Source: Gekko japonicus (taxonomy: Eukaryota). From it: a stretch of 64,000 nt of DNA. The DNA lies in contig NW_015167570.1 of assembly GCF_001447785.1 (NCBI RefSeq), positions 66,091 through 130,090 on the forward strand. Direction: 5' to 3'. A program made the translations under genes and the position numbers. Each line of letters starts with the position of its first letter. Position 1 is the first letter of the stretch. The notes under the pieces are model-generated. The model searched no databases. It was not told where the DNA came from and saw nothing but the letters and a program-made list of their open reading frames with translations. Positions 23,558 to 35,898 of the stretch are shown here, piece by piece.

Positions 23558-25285
23558 ATTGAGAGGCTCTCTTGTACCTCAAGTGGAGGGGGGGGGGCAA
23601 AGCAGAAGCACAACCACAGAGAAGACTCTATTCCTGGCAGCTGGAAAATCTCACAGTGGATAATGACCATGACACTAAAATATGAATTTCTCCAAATTAT
23701 CCAAAATTTTAATGGGGATATATCGGGAAAGTAGTCCATAAAGTGTCTGGGACCCAGAAGCATAAATATGCTTAGAAATCCCATCTATGAATATTTATGT
23801 CAATAAGATATAAATTAACACTTCCATGTAAGAACTATATAAACAGTACTATTTAGTTCACAGCATAAAGTAATTCAATAGGCATACACTAAAAAGGTTG
23901 GTAAACATTTCATGATAGCTGTCTGAGATGCCATTAAGAGCCTGACTGTTACAAGCACAGACAGCAGTTTCTGCTGCAAACAAAATGGGCAGTCACAAGA
24001 TAATTTACATGTAAAAACAAGTTCCCCGACAAGTAACAGGGATTAAAGATGTTAAGAGAGTAGATATTTCTCATTATTAGGCAGAAAGGTCTCCAAAAGA
24101 CTATTACTGAAACAGTTTCCAATGGGGGGGGGGAGTACTCATAGAAAAAAAACCAAGCTGTGGTTTCAAACATGGTGGTTCTATTATTAATCTATTGCAG
24201 GAACTGCCTTCAGCAACAAACTATCTCATACCTAACCCTTTCCTGCCTTATATCATTCTACACTTTTGACTGACACAAGCTCTCTCTTACACTTCCTCCT
24301 CCTCGACTGCTCCCAGCTCATCAGCCCAAGTTGCCAGGCATTTCTAATTTCAGACCATCATCACTATGCAAAGATAAACGATATATTCCAAAAGTGAACA
24401 GCTTTTGGTATGCTCACTGATTGAGAAAGTTAATCTAGCAGCTCTCTTCTACCCACATCAAGCCACCCCCTCTTCCTTCTGCTCAGACACTTTCTACCAC
24501 CTGTCTATTTTCTCCACTCGCAATTGTCAGCCTGGTGTCTTATTTTCCACACCGACACATTACCACCCTCCAGTTCCTAAGTGAATCACCTGCTTCATCA
24601 GTCAAGGCAGTAGCCCCATTTGAGACATTTATGAGCTCACCTTTCTCTTCCCACACCATCGGACCCAAGGCAAGAAACTATTCCCACCCTCCCACGGAAT
24701 TTTGCTCTGGCGCCCCTTTCCACAGCCCTACCACCTCATCCCAAATAGATGCGACAGAAGTTATTTCCACCCTTCTTACACACAGAATAGGAAGTGACAA
24801 GAGGCATCCCCCCCAACCAGGCAAGCAAACTCTCGCTGCATTTAGTAAAGGCCCAAACAATGACTGGCACTGCCCCCCAAAGCCAGAAATACCACCAAGA
24901 ATCCTCTTACTTGCACTCTAGCCCAGCATCTTACAGGACACGAGCTTATCGCACCCTGGCTCTGAAGCCAGCCTCGCTGAACAAGGAGGGTTTGCATCGT
25001 TATAGTTCACAGCGTCACCGCTTGGTTTCGTGCGCACCGTGGAAAAGCACGGGAAGTGGCTCAGCCCCGCCCCCCCATAAGCTGGTAACCAGACACCTCC
25101 CCCGATAGACGCACATCTCCCCCTCCAAGAGTTGGGGGTCGAGTGTCTGGCTGCCCACTAATGGCTGCCCGGCCCGCTCCGATTTATTACTTTCAGTCCA
25201 TCTTTCTATCCCGCTTCTCCTCCCAGGAGCTCAGGGCGGCATGCATCGCCCTTCCCCACCCGCTTCTCCGTTTTATCCTCACAAC

Positions 25286-25502
25286 CAGGGCCGGATTTAG
25301 ACTTGCTGAGGCCCTAAGCTATACAAAACCCAGAGGACCCCTACTGTTTTAAATTACATCAGCTGGTCTCAGAAAAAATTAAAATATATACGCCTTTTTA
25401 ATATTTGAAATCATTTTTTATATTGTGTTTTTATTCGAGGCCCCAGCAGATTGCGAGGCCCTAAGCTGTAGCTTATTTAGTTTATGCGTAAATCCGGCAA
25501 TG
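25286..25502. mobile_element. hAT-type MITE inserted into a SINE
   Basis: TIRs CAGGGCCGGATTTA / TAAATCCGGCAATG; perfect 8-bp TSD CTCACAAC. Confidence 0.88.
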
Positions 25503-25511
25503 CTCACAACT

Positions 25512-25685
25512 CTGCAGCAGTAGAGAAGAGCCAGAGTCCAGTGGCCCCTTAAAGGCTAACAAAATACGTGGCGGGGGTGTGAGCTTCCCCGAGTCACCGC
25601 TCACTTCTTTGGATACCCTGCCCTGCCACATATTTCGTTAGTCTCTGAGGGGCTACTGGACTCTGGCTCTTCTCCACTGCTGCAG
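25512..25685. mobile_element. Inverted pair of Penelope-like termini forming an imperfect hairpin
   Basis: CTGCAGCAGTAGAGAAGAGCCAGAGTCCAGT.. pairs with ..ACTGGACTCTGGCTCTTCTCCACTGCTGCAG; homologous to 26360-26490. Confidence 0.6.
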
Positions 25686-25958
25686 ACGGGACGGACGCGG
25701 CCACCCCATCTTGAACAGCGCTGCAAGGGGGCGAGGGAGCGCGAGCGAGCCAAGGTCCCACCGAGCCAATTTCCACGGCAGAAGGGGGAGGGGGGGATTC
25801 CAACCTGGATCTCCCCACCAAGCATCCTAACCGCCACAGGACACCGATCCGCACCTATCCTAGGGCGTCCCCCTTCCCTCTTGCCCCTTCCCCTCACCCC
25901 AAAAGGCGAGGCAGGGTTCGCATCGTGCCGCCGCCGTCCCCTCCCCGAGCCCACATAC

Positions 25959-26170
25959 CCCTAGTCCATTCCTTGCCTCCGTCGCTCCCCAACGCCCCCA
26001 GAGCTCCCGCCCAGCCAGGAGGAATCGCGGGCTCAGAAGAAGGAGGACAGCGGAAGGATTCGCCTTCTCCCCCCTACAGCCAGAGACAGCGTCGCTCCCG
26101 CTTTCTCTTCCAACGCTCCCCCCCTCCTCCTCCCCCCCTCCCCGCCTCTGTCACGTGCCGCCTGCCAGCG
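25959..26170 (-). other. GSKIP: Probable non-coding exon 1 of GSKIP
   Basis: Lies in the CpG island with donor-like G|GTATGT at 25958; the coding exon has an acceptor just before the ATG, so an upstream UTR exon is required; boundaries inferred. Confidence 0.5.
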
Positions 26171-26359
26171 GCGACGGCGCCAGGCACAAAGAGGTCGGGA
26201 CAACCGAGTTCACAAACAGACGCTTCGGGTTCTTCACTGAATGTACAAGGAGGGCAATCCCCTTGCGAAGGAATAGGATGTGGCAGTATTAAGGTGGGAA
26301 GGAAAGGGGAATAAGGTAACAAGTCAACCTTGCATCGTCATGTGTGCGTGTAGACCAAG

Positions 26360-26490
26360 ATGGGTAGCCGTGTTAGTCTCTCTGTGGCAGTAGAAAAGAG
26401 CAAGAGTCCAGTAGCACCTTCAAGACTCACAAAATATGTGGCAGGAGATGAGCTTTCGTGAGCCACTGCTTACTTCTTCAGATACAGCTA
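26360..26490 (-). mobile_element. Penelope-like terminal repeat carrying a hammerhead-ribozyme-like motif
   Basis: Minus strand reads GTAT-CTGAAGA-A-GTAAGC-AGTG-GCTCAC-GAAA-GCTC-AT. Confidence 0.6.
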
Positions 26491-27705
26491 GAATTTTGAG
26501 CCCATCTGTTCTATACATTGGAAAGTGGAGTGATTTCAGATGCCATTCTTGGAAGATTTTTTTTTTTTTTTAGGTGTTCGTCTCATTTGTTTATATACAA
26601 CGATTAAAGTCCACCTTTCCCACTGCAGGGTGAAAGCGGCGGATTAGAAAACATTTCGGGTTAAAAGCAAAACAACAGTCTAATGTCACACACCACGCAC
26701 ACGCAAAAACCGCTGACACTTCACTTAAAAGTCCTGGCCCTGCCTGCTCTTCTTCTGTTTCCACCTATGCTCCTGCCCCTCATTCTGCTGTATTCCAACA
26801 GAACCCGTTGGCTGTTTATCCACTCCTAGTTATCCCCCTTATCTCTACGCCGGCCACAGGCAGATGCCTCACGTGACTTCCGACGCCTCCGCAGCCTCTT
26901 CCACGCCCTCCTCCCCGTCTAGCCGCCGGAGAAGAATGATGACGACACTGGCCTGTGGGTGTGACGTGTCACCGAGCGTGTTCTCGAAAAGGGCGGGGCG
27001 AAGTGAACACAACAACAACGGCCGCGCACCTACGCTGTGAGGAGGACAGGGAGAAAAGGGGGGGTGGGTGGAGAGAAAGGGGGCGGGGAAAAGAGCGAGG
27101 CCGCGCTCCGGAGGAAAAAAGAGAGGCGGGGCGGGAAGGAGGACCCTGGAGGCTGACGCGCCTTCTCTAAGCTCCGCCCCCCCTCTCCCAGATGGTGGGG
27201 TGGCTGAGGGGGGCGCGCGGGCGGAGGGAAGATGGCGGCGGAGCTGTGAGAAGGCCAAGAGGGACAGGAATGGAGCTGCCCTGCGCCGCCTGCGGGGATC
27301 GTCTCCCGAGGGTCTAGAGCTGGTCGCCCGTCCGGGGATAGGGGGCTGAAAGTCGGGGAGCCCCGCAGCCACCCTCCCTGAGGGGGAGGCCCAGCCCCGA
27401 CAACAACCCTCCCCCTTCCCCCCAGAAGCAGCCCCCTCCTCCCGGGTTTTTTGCCTCCTCGCCGGGATCTGTGCCCGCTTCCATAGGACCCCGGCGAAGA
27501 ACACCTGCTCTCTTGACAGCTCCGCCTCAGGGACTTCAAGCTGTTGGTTGCCGGCCTTCCACCTCCATTGCTTCGCTTTCCCTTTAAGCTCTGCGGCAGG
27601 GGCCGGGATTCCCCTACCCGTCAGCCAGCCAGCCAGCCACCCCCCCGCCGCCGTTCCCCAGTCTCCTCGTAACAGGTGCAGTAGAAGCCCCCACCGCTCG
27701 CCGTC

Positions 27706-27867
27706 ATGCCGTGGCCCTTCTCCGAATCCATCAAGAAAAGGGCCTGCAGGTACCTGCTGCAGAGGTACCTGGGCCACTTTCTCCAGGAAAAGCTGAGCTT
27801 GGAGCAGCTCACCCTGGATCTCTACCAAGGCACTGGCTCCCTGGCACAAGTGCCCCTGGATAAATGG
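27706..27867 (+). CDS. ATG2B: Autophagy-related 2B, coding exon 1 (chorein-N start)
   Basis: Encodes MPWPFSESIKKRACRYLLQRYLGHFLQEKLSLEQLTLDLYQGTGSLAQVPLDKW; donor GTACGT. Confidence 0.97.
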
Positions 27868-30171
27868 GTACGTGGTGGGTTTATATGCCTTCAACTCCTC
27901 CTCTCCCTTTCCTTCAGGCTCTTTCTCTCCTTCCTGCAAAGGTTAAATCTTTTTCTTTTTTTAAAAAAGGCTGTCTTTTGGTTTTGACACAGGAGTTATT
28001 GCTTCTCTCCAATTTCAGTTGTTGCTCCAGTCTGTTTATTTGCTAAATTTTAAAAATACTACTAACACTTGCCATAAAATGCATAGCGCAATAAAACTGT
28101 GAAGGTCAGTCAATTCTGAAGCCGCAGCCCCGTTATCTCTCATGACAACTAAATCTCCAAAAGGGTAGTTGTACAAGAAGGTCTTCACTGGCCTCTTGAA
28201 GCAAGTGGAGAACAGATAGAGGCCTCTAAAGGGTTCTGTATCTTTGGGTTTGTTATTCTAAAGTGTTGGGTTTTGGTAGATGCTAATGCTGCACTCAGTA
28301 GTGATGGATTCTAATCAGGGTATCCCTGGTAATTATTAAAGAATAAGTGTACTTATATTGGAATGGATATGCCTAAATTGGTTGTTTTTCTTGCTGGAGT
28401 GTAGTCTTACGTGTGTTCTTAGTCTACGCCCAACCAAAAGGCAGGCAGTAGTGTTTTGAATTAACTGATGTTTCTCAACATTCTGCATGGGCCTGCCCTT
28501 GAAGACTATATTCCAACAGTCTAATCTGTGAGTTAACCAAACGTGAAATGCAGTGGCTGTATTGCTGTGTAGTTTCAGGTAGCCCAAAGCTGACAATTAT
28601 TATTGATTTTAGTCATGAAAGTTAAACTTTGCATCCAAGTAGTTGCATCATGCTCTCTTCCAATTGACTCTGACAAAATTACCTTTGAAGTTGATGGTTT
28701 ATCTGTTGTCTATATCACTCAGATCAAGTTTTGAAAAAGAAAATTTAGGCAGAAGGTAAACAGCAATCCCACTCGCTAATGATTCAGCAGTCTCAGGCTG
28801 CAGTACTGTGGGATTGAGCTCCATAGAACCTGGGCCTTAATTCTGAGTATACATTTGTAGACATGAACTGCAAAACTTATTTGACAAGTTTTACTTCTAT
28901 GAGGGACAATGGCTAAAGAGAAGGCTGATCAGAGGAACTGACATACTGAAATCTACTGATATTTTTTTTAATTGTCAGATTTCTTTTGAAATCAATCAGC
29001 CATTTGCCAGAGGGTATGCTAATGGAGATTATTGTACTGGCAGGCTCCTACTGTTGGTGGATGTCATTCTATTTTGCTTTTAATGGAAGCACTTTATGTT
29101 CATTTTTTGCTGTGTAACACTGGCTGTGGTCAGACTGGCAGCTTGGCACAATACCAGTTTAAATTGTTGTGGGGTATATCATCCAGACAGCATGAGTGGG
29201 GATTTGAACCCAGGTCTTCCAGATACTAGTCCAGCGCTGTTAACCATTGTAACCACACTGCCTTTAAAAACAATAACATTATTTTCGTTGATCTAGCTTT
29301 GGTAGAAATCATTCTCATGAAGGTATATCTCTTGTGAAAGAGAACCAGAAGCTTCTCTTGATGCAGGGGGAGTTCAGTAGTATCATACTGGACCAGGAGG
29401 GGATAGGCTACTCACAGGTTGTTTTCCATATCATCTGTTGCATCTTGGTCTTCCTCTGCACATCCACTTTGTGCCATGTGTGCTGTGATGGCTTAGCTGG
29501 GTGGCTCTCATTGTGACACTGGAAAGCAACTCGTGGCTGGTCTCATTATTGCTTTTCTCTCTCTGTCACCTCCCCATATAGTACCCATGCATACTGACAT
29601 CAGCGGATAGTGCATTGTGATCACATTGTTTGACCCAGGCCGGGATCATCAGTAGAAATAGTCACCAGTGGGTTTTCTGTGATTACCAGAAGCATTTCAG
29701 TTAGTAGCCAAGACGCATTCTTTATGCCAACACGGTATGAAAGATGCTGAATAAATGCAAACACTGGTACCTGCCTAATTAGTGCCCTAATTCCTTGTCC
29801 TTCATAATTTGTTTCAAGATTAGGCCGCTGTTGCTGCTTCTCCTATTTAAAGTATTTGTGTTCTAAAATATCAAAATGTACTGAGAATGAGACCCTTTCA
29901 GAATAGAATAGAGACAGTGCTGCTTCTGATGTAGGGCAGGTGGGGAAGATTGTTTTTAAAGAATTCCTGTAGCACTTTTGAAGGGTTAGAGAGAGATTTC
30001 ACTTTCTTCTTATAACTTGGTTTCTCCTGCCATCAGAGGCATCCGACTCACCAACTTCCTTTCTATCCCTCTTAATCAGTAAAACACCCTATCTGTCTTA
30101 ATAAATCAATAGAGCATTTATCTATTCCTGTTCTGACTGTAGCACACAGGTGGGGTAGAGGGATGACACGT

Positions 30172-30445
30172 AGAAGAAGAAGAAGAGATTGGATTTATAC
30201 CCTGCCATTCACTCCCGAGTCTCAGAGCAGCTTACAAACTCTTTTCCCTTCCCCTCCCCACAACAGACACCCTGTGAGGTAGGTGCGGCTGAGAGAACTC
30301 TTTCAAGAACTGCCCTTTCAAGGACAGCTCTGACAGAACTATGGCTTAGCCAAGGTCATCCAGCAGGTGCAAGTGGAGGAGTGGGGAATCAAACCCGGTT
30401 CTCCCAGATTAGAGTCCGCACACTTAACCACTACATCAAACCGGC
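30172..30445 (-). mobile_element. tRNA-derived SINE with (CTT)n tail
   Basis: Reverse complement of the 63212-63520 family; A/B-box-like head GGTTTGATGTAGTGGTTAAG..GGTTTGATTCCCC. Confidence 0.8.
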
Positions 30446-31746
30446 TCCTTTTCAAAATAAAGAGGTGTTTTTGACCTAAATAAAATGAGTGTTTTATTTC
30501 TCTCTCTCTTCCCCCATCATACAGTACACTGGGAGGGGGTTCATTCAGGCACTGTTCTGAAGTTCCAGTTAATGTTATTGCTAGATATCCTAACTATAAC
30601 ATACCTAGGATATTAGATGAGGTGTAAGTTAGCCATCCACTCAGAATTCTACTTTTCATTCGCACCCATTCTTGTAGCACTTTTCATGCAGTCTACTAGG
30701 ATTCTGTCTTCATGCACTTGTATGAGTCGAACACTCAGGGAGTTGTAAACACTTTACAGTATTCTACACAGAACCTTTCATTTGTGTATTTTTCTGCCCA
30801 ACTAACAACTTCCTCAGACTTTTTCTCCAAACCATTCTCTGGCTCCCCCCCCCCCACTTTCCCAGAAACTCCCCACCTGACTCATCAACAGCCTCCCCAC
30901 TCTCTTTTTTTAATCCAATCAGCTGTCTGTTTCTCTACAGCCAATCAGCACACACCTTGCCAGCCCCCACCTCTCTTTTCCCCCTCTTACTTCTAGGACT
31001 CCAACTTTAGGAATATAACCAATGTATGCTTAACTTACAAAAACACTGAATTAATAGCTAATAAACACTTCGGAAGTCAATAATCCTTACAGTGCCTAAT
31101 TAAAATGCAGATATGAAACTGGATAGAATGGGAAGTGTTGTTAAGGTTGTCCATGCTTCCAATTCACTGGCATGATTCAGATGTAGTGACAAACCATAGG
31201 GTTTTTTTCACAGGAATCAGCAGGATGATCATTTGGTTTGTAAACTACTGCCTCTTCCTCTGCTTGCACATGTCCAGTTAACGATAGACTTTCACAGTAA
31301 GCTATGGTCTGTCATTCCCTTTAATCCAAAACTATGGCTTGTGCTCTTCCTTGCAGATCAGGTTTCCAAACAAGTATTAACCTATGAGATGCAGGAAACC
31401 ACTTAAACCATAGCTCGTAGTTTCAATTTAAGCTTGGATCTTGTGAAAGAAGTTTTCTTTCTCCAGCAACCTGCTGCTTTTCCTAAAAGTTCTCTCTAAG
31501 GTCAGGGGACCATTGCAAACAAAACACACAGCAGAATGAAGGGGAAAGAAGTAACTGGACAAAATTGCTTCCAGTGACAACTTGCATAAAAATAATTCTC
31601 GCTGCTAACACTCTCTCAAAAATGGATAGCCATTTCCCCACTGGTCTGTTAATGGTGATGTTTCCTTAAGTAAAATAAAACAGAAATTGTACTTTAATGG
31701 CTAATAAAGTTTATTGCAGCTTAAGAACTCACTTGTCTGTCATAGT

Positions 31747-31952
31747 CAGTGTTCCCTCTAAGCTGAGTTAGTATGAGCTAGCTCACAGTTTTTTAGCCTC
31801 CAGCTCACACATTTTTGTCTTAGCTCAGAAAGGATGGCTCCAGAGCAAACTAACTGATGCAGTAACCAAATAACTCACTCACAACTTTAAGGCTAGTAGC
31901 TCACAAAGAAGAATTTTTGCTCACAAGACTCCATAGCTTAGAAGGAACATTG
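31747..31952 (+). mobile_element. hAT-type MITE, family copy 2
   Basis: Homologous to the 23352 copy; TSD GTCATAGT/GTGATAGT. Confidence 0.85.
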
Positions 31953-32546
31953 GTGATAGTCAAGCCTTTTTTAAGTCCACATACTTCAAAACAAATATAT
32001 CAAAAGCAAGGTAATAGTAGGAAACAACTGGTTTGGATTGGTTAATATAAAACAAACCTAAGGATTATTTCTCCAAATAAAAGGAGAAAGAGCAATACAT
32101 CAGCCAGGTATATACCATATTTTAAAAGCTCAGTAGAAAACATCTCATTCCTGACGAATAGATCATACTAAGTCAAATGAAGAAATGTTATAAGAATTAT
32201 GTAAGAGTTGACCCTAAATGTTATGTTAAATTTACGATGCCAATAAAGGTATTGTACTCGTACATGATATAAGAGAACAAGCCCTGCCCCCAAGAGTGGT
32301 GTTTTTTTTAATGAAATCAAGTTCAGAAAGATTTTTCAGGAAGGCCAGGCACAGCTGGACAGGCCAATACAGATAACAGAAATCCAGGAGGAAATAAAAA
32401 TGCTAAAAGGAAAATAAAATTCTTGGGTCTGACAACACTATTTTATAAACCAATGCAGAGCTCATTGTAGATCCACTGGGAAAAGTAATGAAGAACTTTC
32501 TAGAATCAGGCATGCTTATAAATTCCTAGCATGATGCAAAAATAAT

Positions 32547-33417
32547 TGTGATGCCCAAGGAAGCGAAACTCCTATCTCTAGTTACATCCTATAAACCTAT
32601 TTGAGTCTTGAATAATGACTATAAACAGGTTAAATAAAGCTTTGCATAAACATCGATACCAGGATCAAACGGGTGTTGTGAAATAAGTAAATGCTAGACA
32701 ACAAACATTTAGCATTTTATAAATGCAGGGACTTGTATCCTGTCACTCTGCCCAGCAAAGTCTGAAGCCTTCTGTGGCAATCATCCTTAAAAGTCCCGCC
32801 TCTTCTCCAGGGCTCTGAACCAGTTCTTGTCATTTTGGCTTCATGCAAATCCAAGAGATTGTCAGCCAATCAGAGCCCATGGAACTCCTCTGGCTAGGAG
32901 GGGGGTGAGCCAGCCTCAGCTAAAGAAGGGTGAAAAAACCTGTTTTACTTTTGGACAGGGATTCCGTGGCTCTGGAATGGAGTGTCAGCTTAGCCAGGTT
33001 TTTAATTTGGCTTTTTAGTTAGGGTTGGGGGGTTGGCGTAGGGAAGAGAGCTTTTTGTTAGTGTGACAAATAAGCATCCTGTTAAGGGGCCATCATTCCT
33101 AACTATGTGTGATAAAAAAGCAGCCTCGAATGTGCTGAAATAACCTGTCTGGAGAAAGGGGAATCAAATTTCCTTTCAGGGTTTATCTACTTTACTTGAG
33201 GTTCAGCTATAAAGTCATTTCTCTTATTAGGGAAAAGTCTGTAACTTTGGGGGGGTGAAGTTGAGAGCCGGTTTTACTTATGTTTTGAAGCCATCCACAG
33301 AAAGCATTTAACCTATTAAATATGTTTTTCTGTTAAATAAACACTTGTTGTTCATCTCCATCTGTCTTACCTGCCTAGTCAGATATGTAGGAAAAAGTGA
33401 TTTCTAGTTATCTCACA
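32547..33417 (+). mobile_element. Possible solo LTR
   Basis: TGTGA...TCACA termini; flanks AATAAT/AACAAT; internal ATGCAAAT, CCAAT, TATAAA and AATAAA in LTR-like order. Confidence 0.4.
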
Positions 33418-33482
33418 AACAATTACAGCCTTGGTTTAGCAGGTTTCCAAATAAGAGATCTTTATCGAGCGCACAGCTTACC

Positions 33483-34050
33483 CAGAGGTGTCGAACTCAT
33501 TTGTCATGAGGGCCGGATCTGACATAAATGTCGTTTTGCCATAAAATGTAGATCCAGATACCGGAGACATAAACTGTATAAAGGACAGCAGCTGGTAAGC
33601 TCTGAGTTGGTGTATCCTCGCTGCAAGGACTCATGGGCTGGGGGGGGGGGGGGAAAAAAAATACGCATTGCACCGCCGTCGCCAGGATGTGATGCTACGC
33701 GTCGCTCTGGCAATGGGGCTGTTTGGAGTCCCGTTGCCAGAGCGACACGTAGCGTCACATCCTGGCGACGGCGGTGCAACGCGTATCGCTGTCCCCCGCG
33801 GCAGGGATCCTGTGAAGACGCACGGATCCCCTGCCGTGGCTTGGCAGCCCTAAGCACTGGACAGACGCTCCCACACTGTTTGGCTGCTGCAAATGAGGTT
33901 GTTCCACCATGCTGAAGCCACAATCGGAGTAGCTCCGTCCACTCCCCCCAGCAGTCTTCTGTTCCCTCCCTTGCACTAGTTGCTTGTGGGCCGCATAAGA
34001 GCCCTGGGCGGGCTGGTTCCAGCCCCCGGGCCTTATGTTTGGCACCCCTG
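33483..34050. mobile_element. Non-autonomous hAT element (related to 13741-14127, opposite orientation)
   Basis: TIRs CAGAGGTGTCGAAC / GTTTGGCACCCCTG; near-TSD GCTTACC/GCTTACAC; CpG-rich interior. Confidence 0.75.
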
Positions 34051-34431
34051 GCTTACACGCTACCAATCCTTTATTCAAAGCTTGTGTCCCCCTTTTTATT
34101 TGGTTGTGGGCAGTTGGGGTTTAAAGCATCCTTAGGAGAAGCCAGAGTGGAGGACTGGACATTCTCTGCCCAGAAGGCAGTTGCCTCAGAGCCTCTCGCC
34201 CCCCCAGCCTCCACATCTTCCTGTCGTCTAAGGTAGGATACGAGCAAGTTGCTGGTTATTAAAAAAATACTGTATTGTTTTTACATGCTGGGAGTGCTGT
34301 TGATTATGTAGAGTGGGTGTTCTTATTCCAGGCCGTGGAGATATTTAATGTGGAAGAGAACATTTTGGATATGGATTCTTTATGCTAACATAAGATCAAT
34401 TTTGGCCTCTATCTCATTTTTTAAACTTTAG

Positions 34432-34594
34432 AGTCTTAATGAAATCATGGAGTCAGCAGATGCCCCTCTGGAAGTTACTGAAGGGTTTATTCAGTCAATT
34501 TCACTCTCTGTTCCCTGGGGCTCTCTGCTTCAAGATAACTGTGCTCTGGAAGTGAAGGGCTTAGAGTTGGTCTTCAAGCCAAGGCCCCGTCTGG
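34432..34594 (+). CDS. ATG2B: ATG2B exon 2
   Basis: Encodes SLNEIMESADAPLEVTEGFIQSISLSVPWGSLLQDNCALEVKGLELVFKPRPRL; AG/GT. Confidence 0.95.
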
Positions 34595-35745
34595 GTAGGT
34601 CTATCAAATAACAATATTTCACCATTACCTGTTATTTTGTTTCAGACATTTTAGCTGTAAAAAATATTCATTTTTGTGGATGATCAAATGTTACTTGTAA
34701 ATGGCATCTGCAGGAGAGAGAGGATGACTGTTCTTGTGTGGGTGCATTTTACTGCTTGGATATAGTATGCAAATCTTTTGACTTAGATGCAGTCACTACT
34801 ATTGTTGATTCCCAGAGCTGCAGGAATATGTCTCGAGGACATTCTCTGTTGAATTTGTTGGAACACCCCAACTTGATTAATGTTCTGTGCACACCCCAAC
34901 TTGATTAATGTTCTGTGGACTGAAATTTANNNNNNNNNNNNNNNNNNNNNNNNNNNNNNNNNNNNNNNNNNNNNNNNNNNNNTTGCTTTGCTCCTTCAGG
35001 CCCCACTTGAGCTGCATAGCTGGATCTACAACCAGCACCTAGGAAATATAGAAAGAGTAGGCTCAGTGTAACACTGCATAACCATGTCTCCTTGATGCAC
35101 CATGTGAGTGTGCCTGAAGACAAATCCTGCTTTTCGTTTACAGGCAGTATGATCCTGCTTGGGGTACCCTGGTACCAGCTGGGAAAACCCACTTTTATTC
35201 AGAGGTTTCTGATAGAATTTAAATCAACTGCTTTATGTTTTCTACGTGCATGCCTATTAAAATTACATCAGGGTGGCACACGTGCACAATCCAAGCCTAT
35301 GTTTCGTTGCTTTTGAATACATTTGCAGCCTGAACTCTGACCATACACTGCAGGCTCAAGCCAGGTCTACACCCACAGTCTTCCATGTCACTCCATCTCA
35401 CCCCAGAATGTTTAGTTCCTAGACGCTGAATGCTGCATTTTGGGATATTGTCTAGAAATGTGTTATGTGGCAGAAACTGATGTGATCAATGGCAGGCATG
35501 AAACCAGCACTTATCACATGGCTGATTAAATTCTGCTGCTGAAACTCTTGATGTTGAAGGAGACCAGTTTGGTGCGGGGTCTCTTATCTGCTGCTCTGTG
35601 TGCAGAACTTCTGAAAGTCTGTCATGCTCATATTTAGAAGTTGTACTTCTGATTTATTGTATCCTACATGGATGCACTTTGGAAATGATGATCCTCTAAC
35701 TGCAGCATGTTAATGGGTGAGCATTATATTTCTCCTGTTTCACAG

Positions 35746-35898
35746 CTTCTGGTTCAGAGCCAATGTATTGGTCAAGCTTTATGACCAGCAGTATGCAGCT
35801 TGCAAAGGAATGTCTCAGCCAAAAACTGACAGATGAACAAGGAGAAGGGTCTCAGCCATTTGAAGGACTTGAGAAGTTTGCTGAAACCATTGAAACAG
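35746..35898 (+). CDS. ATG2B: ATG2B exon 3
   Basis: Encodes SGSEPMYWSSFMTSSMQLAKECLSQKLTDEQGEGSQPFEGLEKFAETIET; AG/GT. Confidence 0.95.

Larger units (their letters stand above)
25700..27860. promoter_or_regulatory. Bidirectional CpG-island promoter of GSKIP (-) and ATG2B (+)
   Basis: High GC and CpG density between divergent genes; GC boxes; E-boxes at 26150 and 26868; YY1-type AAGATGGCGGC at 27229. Confidence 0.85.

Noticed and set aside
26869-27939. 356-aa minus-strand ORF antisense to ATG2B exon 1
   Set aside because: Low-complexity Gly/Pro/Ala/Arg translation, as expected from a stop-poor CpG island; no recognisable domain.
34862-34918. 27-bp tandem repeat
   Set aside because: Only two units and directly beside an N gap; likely a contig-end artefact or trivial slippage.
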